Source of the DNA: Gemmatimonadota bacterium
GTDB lineage: Bacteria; 4572-55; J002
Length of the DNA: 36,529 nucleotides
Assembly: GCA_003697105.1 (NCBI GenBank)
Contig: RFFQ01000096.1
Location: forward strand, 1-36,529
Direction of reading: 5' to 3'
Part shown: piece by piece, positions 30,184 through 36,529 of the stretch
Layout of the letters: each line of letters begins with the position of its first letter
Numbering within the stretch: position 1 is the first letter of the stretch
Notes under the pieces: model-generated
Databases searched by the model: none
What the model saw: the letters and a program-made list of their open reading frames with translations, nothing else
What the model was told of the DNA's origin: nothing
Position numbers and translations under genes: made by a program

Positions 30184-31509
30184 ATGCTGAATAGCTTTCA
30201 AAATATCTTCAAGATTCCGGAGTTACGTAATCGGGTTATCTTCACCTTGTCGATTTTGGTTGTGTACCGGATCGGAGCACATATCCCCGTACCGGGAATT
30301 GATAGTGCGGCAATGGGTGAGTTTATGCGACAGCAGGCAAGCACACTTTTCGGACTATTTGATATGTTCGTGGGGGGTGCTTTGGCAAAAGCGAGTATTT
30401 TCGCACTGGGAATTATGCCGTATATCAGTGCCTCCATTATTCTCCAATTGTTTACGGCGGTCTTCCCGTATTTTGAACGATTGAAAAAAGAAGGTCCCGA
30501 AGGACAGAAAAAAATTACCCAATATACGCGTTATGGAACGGTCGGGCTTTCCGCTTTGCAAGCATGGGGGATGGCGGTTTTTATTGAAAGTATGAATAGC
30601 GCAGGTTTAAACGTCGTTCCAGAACCGGGATGGGGTTTCCGCCTGCTCACGACGTTAACATTGACCGCCGGGACGGTTTTTGTGATGTGGCTCGGTGAGC
30701 AAATCTCAGAACGGGGTATCGGTAACGGGATTTCGCTCTTGATCTTTATTGGGATTGTCGCCACCTTTCCACAAGGTGTTTTGGAATCTGTGGAGTATTT
30801 TCGCCAAGGGTTGATGTCTCTATTCCAAGTAATTTTGTTGGTTGTCTTGGCGGTGTTAGTGACGGCGGCAGTGATTTATATTACCCAAGGACAACGTAAA
30901 ATTCCGGTACAATATGCAAAACAGTTCCGAGGGCGGAAAGTTTACGGAGGGCAAAGTACACATATTCCATTGCGTGTCAATACGGCGGGTGTGATTCCAA
31001 TCATTTTTGCGCAATCATTGATTATGTTTCCCAGCACCATGGCGGCGGTTTTCCGGGTTGAATGGATGCGGGTTGTGGAATCATGGTTTGCGCCCGGCGC
31101 GCCGTTATATCTAATTGTGTATTCCCTGTTGATTATCTTTTTCGCTTATTTTTATACTGCTATTATCTTTAACCCCGTTGATCTTGCCGATAATATGAAA
31201 CGGTATGGCGGGTTCATCCCGGGCATTCGTCCCGGTAAACGGACGTCCGATTATATTGATCGTGTCTTGACGCGGATTACATTACCCGGTGCTATATTTT
31301 TGGCGTTGATCTCAATCTTTCCCTACTTTTTGATTCAGTCCATTCATGCTCCCCAATTGTTGAGTTACAATTTAGGGGGAACTGGATTGCTCATCGTTGT
31401 CGGGGTTGGGCTTGACACGTTGCAGCAAATTGAAACGCATTTACTGATGCGACACTATGATGGTTTCATGAAGAAGGGTAAAATTAGAGGGCGGATTGGT
31501 CGCGGATAA
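30184..31509 (+). CDS. secY: preprotein translocase subunit SecY
   Basis: SIFALGIMPYISASII, GIGNGISL, IPGIRPG. Confidence 0.99.
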   Translation: MLNSFQNIFKIPELRNRVIFTLSILVVYRIGAHIPVPGIDSAAMGEFMRQQASTLFGLFDMFVGGALAKASIFALGIMPYISASIILQLFTAVFPYFERLKKEGPEGQKKITQYTRYGTVGLSALQAWGMAVFIESMNSAGLNVVPEPGWGFRLLTTLTLTAGTVFVMWLGEQISERGIGNGISLLIFIGIVATFPQGVLESVEYFRQGLMSLFQVILLVVLAVLVTAAVIYITQGQRKIPVQYAKQFRGRKVYGGQSTHIPLRVNTAGVIPIIFAQSLIMFPSTMAAVFRVEWMRVVESWFAPGAPLYLIVYSLLIIFFAYFYTAIIFNPVDLADNMKRYGGFIPGIRPGKRTSDYIDRVLTRITLPGAIFLALISIFPYFLIQSIHAPQLLSYNLGGTGLLIVVGVGLDTLQQIETHLLMRHYDGFMKKGKIRGRIGRG

Positions 31510-31532
31510 GCCTTTGATAAAGGTCTGACACA

Positions 31533-32180
31533 ATGCACTTATTGCTGTTGGGTGCCCCCGGTTCCGGAAAAGGGACACATGCCAGTCGCTTACAGCATGA
31601 CTACGGCATTCCCCAAATCTCGACAGGTGATATCCTGCGAGAGCATATCCGTAAAGGTACGAAATTTGGGCATATTGCAAAAAAGTATATCGACCAAGGA
31701 GATTTGGTACCGGATGATGTCGTGTTAGATATGATTTCGGTTCGTCTCGATGCCCCGGATTGTAAAAATGGGTTTACCTTGGATGGATTCCCGCGGACCA
31801 TCAATCAGGCGGAAGGGTTAAGCCGGTTACTAAATGCCAAAAATGCTATGTTGGATCATGTCATCAAATTAACGGTTTCACCGGATGTCTTGGTTCACCG
31901 GTTAACGAACCGGCGTATCTGTTCCCAATGTGGGGCGGTTTATAATTTAGTTATAAATCCTCCCCAAAAGCCTCGTGTGTGTGATCGCTGTGGTGGAGAG
32001 GTCATTCAACGTCCTGATGATAATGAACATACGATTCAGAAACGATTTTCAGTTTACATGAATCAAACGCGTCCTTTAGTGGAATATTACCAATCAAAAG
32101 GATTGCTCGTTGACATTTCGGGTGAAGGCTCATTTGATGAAGTTTATCAGCGGATTTTGAGAGTTATTAAGGTGAAGTGA
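31533..32180 (+). CDS. adk: adenylate kinase (zinc-binding LID)
   Basis: GAPGSGKGT, LDGFPRT, CSQC...CDRC. Confidence 0.98.
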   Translation: MHLLLLGAPGSGKGTHASRLQHDYGIPQISTGDILREHIRKGTKFGHIAKKYIDQGDLVPDDVVLDMISVRLDAPDCKNGFTLDGFPRTINQAEGLSRLLNAKNAMLDHVIKLTVSPDVLVHRLTNRRICSQCGAVYNLVINPPQKPRVCDRCGGEVIQRPDDNEHTIQKRFSVYMNQTRPLVEYYQSKGLLVDISGEGSFDEVYQRILRVIKVK

Positions 32181-32186
32181 TACAGG

Positions 32187-32975
32187 ATGATCGTCCGAAA
32201 ATCGAAGCGGGAAATTGAGAAAATCCGCGAGAGTTGTCAGATTGTTGCCAAAATCTTGCGAATGCTTGAAGCTGAAATTAAGCCTGGTGTTTCCACGGGT
32301 TATTTGGATACATTAGCAGAAACGTTTATTCAGGACCATGGTGGTTCTCCGGCATTCAAGGGATATAAAATTAAGCAAGAAGGAAAAACCCTTGTTTTCC
32401 CGGGTAGTATTTGTGCTTCCATCAACGATGAGGTCGTTCATGGTATCCCAAATCCGCAACGCTATTTGAGAGAGGGTGACATCATCAGCATTGATGTGGG
32501 TGTGAAAAAGAATGGCTACTATGGGGATTCTGCCTGGACATTTCCTGTGGGTGATGTTAATCCAGACATACAGCGTTTGCTGGATGTCACCAAAACCTGT
32601 TTAACTCTTGCAATTCAGAATGCCCGGGCGGGCAATCGAGTGTCGGACATTGCCAGTGCCGTTCAAGGCTATGCGGAAAAACATAACTGTTCGGTTGTTC
32701 GGGAATATGTAGGACATGGCATCGGACGCAATATGCATGAAGAACCTCAAGTTCCGAACTATGTTCCCTTTCAAAAAGACCCGGTTTTGAAAGCCGGATA
32801 TACCATTGCCATTGAGCCAATGATCAACCTTGGGAGTGCCGAAGTGCGTGTGTTGGATGATGGTTGGACGGTTGTCACCGCAGATGGGAAATGGTCAGCT
32901 CATTTTGAACATACGGTTGTTATTTTACAAGATAAAACTTTGGTTTTAACTCAACTCGATGAGGCATACGGATAA
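32187..32975 (+). CDS. map: methionine aminopeptidase type I
   Basis: SINDEVVHGIP, GHGIG..MHEEP, IEPM, SAHFEHT. Confidence 0.98.
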   Translation: MIVRKSKREIEKIRESCQIVAKILRMLEAEIKPGVSTGYLDTLAETFIQDHGGSPAFKGYKIKQEGKTLVFPGSICASINDEVVHGIPNPQRYLREGDIISIDVGVKKNGYYGDSAWTFPVGDVNPDIQRLLDVTKTCLTLAIQNARAGNRVSDIASAVQGYAEKHNCSVVREYVGHGIGRNMHEEPQVPNYVPFQKDPVLKAGYTIAIEPMINLGSAEVRVLDDGWTVVTADGKWSAHFEHTVVILQDKTLVLTQLDEAYG

Positions 32976-33197
32976 ATGGCTAAAAAAGAAGATACAATTC
33001 AAGTTGAAGGTACGGTACTCGAATCCTTACCAAATGCAATGTTCCGGGTTGAGTTGGAAAATGGGCATGAAATTTTGGCATATGTTTCCGGTAAAATGCG
33101 GATGCACTTTATCCGGATTTTACCCGGTGACCGGGTGACCGTGGAGATTTCACCGTATGATCTGTCCAGAGGTCGTATTACTTATCGATTTAAATAA
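32976..33197 (+). CDS. infA: translation initiation factor IF-1
   Basis: [29 protein letters not shown]. Confidence 0.99.
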   Translation: MAKKEDTIQVEGTVLESLPNAMFRVELENGHEILAYVSGKMRMHFIRILPGDRVTVEISPYDLSRGRITYRFK

Positions 33198-33212
33198 TAA
33201 GGATAAGGAATT

Positions 33213-33329
33213 ATGAAAGTTCGTCCCTCAGTAAAGCGAATTTGTGAGTATTGTAAAGTGATTAAACGACGGGGAGTTATCCGCGTTATTTGTTCGCGGA
33301 ATCCAAAACATAAACAGCGACAAGGTTAA
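33213..33329 (+). CDS. rpmJ: 50S ribosomal protein bL36 (C+), 38 aa; absent from the ORF track
   Basis: Manual translation [45 protein letters not shown]. Confidence 0.97.
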   Translation: MKVRPSVKRICEYCKVIKRRGVIRVICSRNPKHKQRQG

Positions 33330-33340
33330 AGGAGGTTTTC

Positions 33341-33724
33341 GTGGCTCGTATTGCTGGTATTGACTTACCACGAAATAAGCGGGTAGAAGTAGCTTTGACC
33401 TATATTTATGGGATTGGGCGTACCTCTGCCAAAAAAATTTTGGATGCCGCAGGTGTGGATTATAGTACGCGCGTCCATGACCTAACCGAAGGTGAGATCA
33501 ATCGCCTTCGCCGTGAAATTGAAGCGAACTATAAAGTGGAAGGCTCGCTTCGTGCGGAAGTAAATATGAATGTGAAACGACTAATGGATATTGGATGTTA
33601 TCGGGGTCTGCGCCATCGTCGAGGGTTGCCGGTGCGAGGACAACGAACCAGTACCAATGCTCGTACACGGAAAGGTCCTAAACGTACTGCCGGTTCCGGA
33701 CGTCGTAAGATTACAAAGAAATAA
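33341..33724 (+). CDS. rpsM: 30S ribosomal protein uS13 (GTG start)
   Basis: [23 protein letters not shown]. Confidence 0.98.
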   Translation: MARIAGIDLPRNKRVEVALTYIYGIGRTSAKKILDAAGVDYSTRVHDLTEGEINRLRREIEANYKVEGSLRAEVNMNVKRLMDIGCYRGLRHRRGLPVRGQRTSTNARTRKGPKRTAGSGRRKITKK

Positions 33725-33751
33725 TTAATAAACCATAGGAGTAGCAATTCA

Positions 33752-34147
33752 ATGGCACAACCGAAGAAGAAACGCGGTCAGAAAAAGGTTAAAAAAAGAG
33801 TAGAGGCGTTAGGGGTTGCCCATATTCGGGCAACATTCAATAACACTATTGTAACCATCACCGATATGTCAGGAGGAGTTATCTCTTGGGCAAGTGCCGG
33901 AAAGATTGGTTATAAAGGCTCCAAAAAAAGTACTCCTTTCGCGGCAGGTCAAGCCGCTGAGGCGGCTGCAAAAGAAGCAATGGATATGGGCCTGCAAAAA
34001 GTTGAAGTTTGGGTGAAAGGTCCAGGCTCGGGTCGAGAATCTGCCATTCGTTCCTTGCAAGTGGCAGGATTGACCATTGTCGCAATTAAAGATGTAACCC
34101 CTATTCCTCATAACGGATGCCGTCCGCGTAAGCGTCGTCGGGTTTAG
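33752..34147 (+). CDS. rpsK: 30S ribosomal protein uS11
   Basis: [25 protein letters not shown]. Confidence 0.98.
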   Translation: MAQPKKKRGQKKVKKRVEALGVAHIRATFNNTIVTITDMSGGVISWASAGKIGYKGSKKSTPFAAGQAAEAAAKEAMDMGLQKVEVWVKGPGSGRESAIRSLQVAGLTIVAIKDVTPIPHNGCRPRKRRRV

Positions 34148-34162
34148 TGAAGGAGATCATTG

Positions 34163-34783
34163 ATGGCAAGATATACGGGTCCTGTTTGTAAATTATGTCG
34201 TCGGGAAGGACAAAAGTTATTTCTCAAAGGTGAACGATGCTTTTCGGACAAATGCGCAATTGAGCGTCGTAATTTTATTCCGGGCCAACACGGTCAGCGG
34301 CGGCGGTCTAAAATTTCCGAGTACGGTATTCAATTGCGGGAAAAGCAAAAAGTTCGTCGAATGTATGGTGTTTTGGAACGTCAATTTCGGACGTACTTCA
34401 AAAAAGCGGCACGCAAATCCGGTGTGACCGGGCATAACCTGCTTCAAATATTGGAACGACGCTTGGATAACGTCGTTTATCGCTTAGGTATTGCGCCGTC
34501 TCGTCAGGCAGGTCGCCAATTGGTACGACATGGCCACTTTTTGGTGAATGGCCGGAAAGTCAATATTCCATCCTATCTGGTCAATGCCGGGGATGAAATT
34601 ACCGTGCGAGAAAAAAGCATGGAAGTTGTTCGAAATTTATCCCGGAAAGGTCGGATAAATATCCCTGCATGGTTGTCCCTCGATGCCCCTAAACTGACCG
34701 GCACCGTTTTACAATTACCCACCCGGGATGATATTACGGTTCCGATTCAAGAACAGCTTATCGTGGAGTTGTATTCAAAATAA
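34163..34783 (+). CDS. rpsD: 30S ribosomal protein uS4 (zinc-binding form)
   Basis: [33 protein letters not shown]. Confidence 0.98.
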   Translation: MARYTGPVCKLCRREGQKLFLKGERCFSDKCAIERRNFIPGQHGQRRRSKISEYGIQLREKQKVRRMYGVLERQFRTYFKKAARKSGVTGHNLLQILERRLDNVVYRLGIAPSRQAGRQLVRHGHFLVNGRKVNIPSYLVNAGDEITVREKSMEVVRNLSRKGRINIPAWLSLDAPKLTGTVLQLPTRDDITVPIQEQLIVELYSK

Positions 34784-34879
34784 ACACAACTTGTACAGAT
34801 GCTGGAATACGATTCTGTATGTTAAATTCTGCTCGAATCTTTCACAGAATTTTAACCTAAAAAAGGATAATAGCGTCAT

Positions 34880-35899
34880 ATGAAATTAAAAGGCTTTCAG
34901 ATGCCTCGTTCGATCCAATTTGATGAGGACACCCTGACTCCCCAATACGGTGAGTTTATTGTCGAACCGCTGGAGCGAGGTTTTGGTACAACTCTTGGTA
35001 ATGCATTGCGCCGCACGTTATTGTCATCTATCGAAGGTGCCGCGGTAAGCGCCGTTAAATTTGATGGTGTCTTACATGAATTTTCCGCATTGCCCGGCGT
35101 CGTTGAGGATGTGCCGGAAATCATTCTGAACTTAAAAAGTCTCGCGGTTCGATTGCATGGCGATGAAGATAAGAAAATATACTTAAATGCCAAACGTGAA
35201 GGTGAAATTACAGCGGCGGATATTCGTACGGACGGTACCGTTGAGATCGTAAACCCCGATTTATATATTGCTACGCTCAATAAAGGTGCAGAACTCAATA
35301 TGGAACTCACTGTAACCAAAGGGCGCGGGTATGTGGAAGCGGTTAACGGGCAGAATCACTCGATCGGTATGATTCCAATCGATGCGATTTATTCCCCGGT
35401 AAAACGAGTTAATTATCGGGTCATGAATACCCGTGTGGGACAACGAACAGATTATGACCGTTTGCTCTTGGAAGTGGTTACGGATGGGTCGTTATCGCCA
35501 GATGATGCGGTAATTCAAGCCGCACATGTGCTACGCGAACACCTCTTGTTATTTGTCAACCTGCGGGAAGAACCGGTAGATGTGGAAGAAGAAGAGGTCG
35601 ACCGAGAACGAGAACGGATCCAAAAGCTATTGCAGATGAGTGTAGATGAACTTGAACTTTCTGTTCGCTCCAGCAACTGCTTGCAAGCCGCAAATATTGA
35701 TACCTTAGGTGATTTGGTGCAAAAAACTGAAGTGCAAATGCTGAAATATCGGAATTTTGGACGGAAATCCCTGCAAGAAATTTCTTCAATTTTAGAAGAG
35801 CTCGGTCTGCATTTTGGAATGGATGTAGCCCCCTATCTGGATGAAGCACCGGTGGAAGATTCCGCTTCGGATGCTGATGTGACAGAAGATGATGAATAA
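34880..35899 (+). CDS. rpoA: DNA-directed RNA polymerase subunit alpha
   Basis: EPLERGFGTTLGNALRR, ELELSVRSSNCL, NFGRKSL. Confidence 0.99.
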   Translation: MKLKGFQMPRSIQFDEDTLTPQYGEFIVEPLERGFGTTLGNALRRTLLSSIEGAAVSAVKFDGVLHEFSALPGVVEDVPEIILNLKSLAVRLHGDEDKKIYLNAKREGEITAADIRTDGTVEIVNPDLYIATLNKGAELNMELTVTKGRGYVEAVNGQNHSIGMIPIDAIYSPVKRVNYRVMNTRVGQRTDYDRLLLEVVTDGSLSPDDAVIQAAHVLREHLLLFVNLREEPVDVEEEEVDRERERIQKLLQMSVDELELSVRSSNCLQAANIDTLGDLVQKTEVQMLKYRNFGRKSLQEISSILEELGLHFGMDVAPYLDEAPVEDSASDADVTEDDE

Positions 35900-35924
35900 A
35901 CCTTAACCAAAAGTGGTGTGATTA

Positions 35925-36326
35925 ATGCGACATCGTAAATCTATTGCAAAACTCGGTCGAACCGCAAGCCACCGGAAGGCACTGATGCGGAATATGGCAC
36001 TCGCGCTTTTAAAATACCGTCGAATTCGGACGACACAAGCAAAAGCAAAAGCGCTCCGGCCGTATGTGGAAAAGTTGATAACCCTCGCCAAACGAGGTGA
36101 CCTCCACGCTCGACGCCAAGTGTTGAAACATATCCAAGACCCCAAATTGGTCAGAGTGTTATTTGATGTGTTGGCGCCGCGTTATATGGATCGACCCGGA
36201 GGTTATACCCGCATTTTGAAGTTAGACAATCGAACCGGTGATGGTGCGCCAATGGCGATCTTGGAACTGGTCGATGAAGATTTTGAAACTTTCGGTACGG
36301 ATTCTGACGAAAACAGCGGGGAATAA
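35925..36326 (+). CDS. rplQ: 50S ribosomal protein bL17
   Basis: [25 protein letters not shown]. Confidence 0.98.
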   Translation: MRHRKSIAKLGRTASHRKALMRNMALALLKYRRIRTTQAKAKALRPYVEKLITLAKRGDLHARRQVLKHIQDPKLVRVLFDVLAPRYMDRPGGYTRILKLDNRTGDGAPMAILELVDEDFETFGTDSDENSGE

Positions 36327-36350
36327 CGGGTTTAGAAAATATTCAATCAA

Positions 36351-36401
36351 GTTCAATAAAAAAGACAGATAGCATACCACTATCTGTCTTTTTTATTGAA
36401 C
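36351..36401. terminator. bidirectional intrinsic terminator closing the alpha operon
   Basis: Perfect 22-bp inverted repeat GTTCAATAAAAAAGACAGATAG / CTATCTGTCTTTTTTATTGAAC with a 7-nt loop; A6 and T6 tracts flank the core stem. Confidence 0.88.
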
Positions 36402-36529
36402 AAAGGGAAACAGTCTGGGGCGGTATTTATCCCACATTGAGCAGTTGCCCCATGTAAAAAAATGATTTATCGTGATAGATTTTGTTTTTGGTCTTATTTT
36501 GGAATCAGTTACGTTGGTTCCAGTTGATA

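Noticed and set aside
34784-34879. Two small hairpins in the rpsD-rpoA spacer (also 28568-28585 and 31511-31523)
   Set aside because: Short, AT-rich or lacking a U-tract; no function can be supported.
94-36145. Many minus-strand and alternate-frame ORFs in the track (e.g. 21395-22000, 22389-23054, 7312-7791)
   Set aside because: Shadows of conserved, codon-biased genes, with no recognisable motifs or evidence of independent expression.
36402-36529. Possible gene fragment after the final terminator
   Set aside because: Short open frames exist on both strands, but there is no SD or recognisable motif; cannot be called.

Overview
Bacterial core-genome window, all major genes on the + strand. 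It starts with the first codons of a divergent gene, then a polyprenol/dolichol-kinase-like membrane protein, fmt and comEC. A contiguous ~32 kb transcription/translation supercluster follows: tRNA-Thr(GGT)-rpmG-secE-nusG-rplKAJL-rpoBC, the str operon (rpsL-rpsG-fusA-tuf), and the S10, spc (secY-adk-map-infA-rpmJ) and alpha (rpsM-K-D-rpoA-rplQ) operons, closed by a 22-bp perfect inverted-repeat terminator. A RpoC indel suggests an FCB-superphylum lineage (inference). I saw no mobile elements, CRISPR arrays or rRNA. The unusual signals lie inside core proteins. (1) RpoB carries a ~100-aa in-frame insertion that looks like a carboxypeptidase-regulatory-like (CarboxypepD_reg, transthyretin/Ig-like) beta-sandwich, a fold normally seen in surface/periplasmic proteins rather than RNA polymerase. 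(2) The str-operon EF-G has lost its domain IV translocation motifs and has an EF-G2/RRF2mt-like switch-I region, suggesting specialisation for ribosome recycling. (3) uL24, uL23, uL22 and EF-Tu carry indels. (4) An L1-binding-like RNA motif overlaps the rplK stop codon, while there is no room for an L10 leader. All family assignments come from recognising motifs by eye, with no database search.
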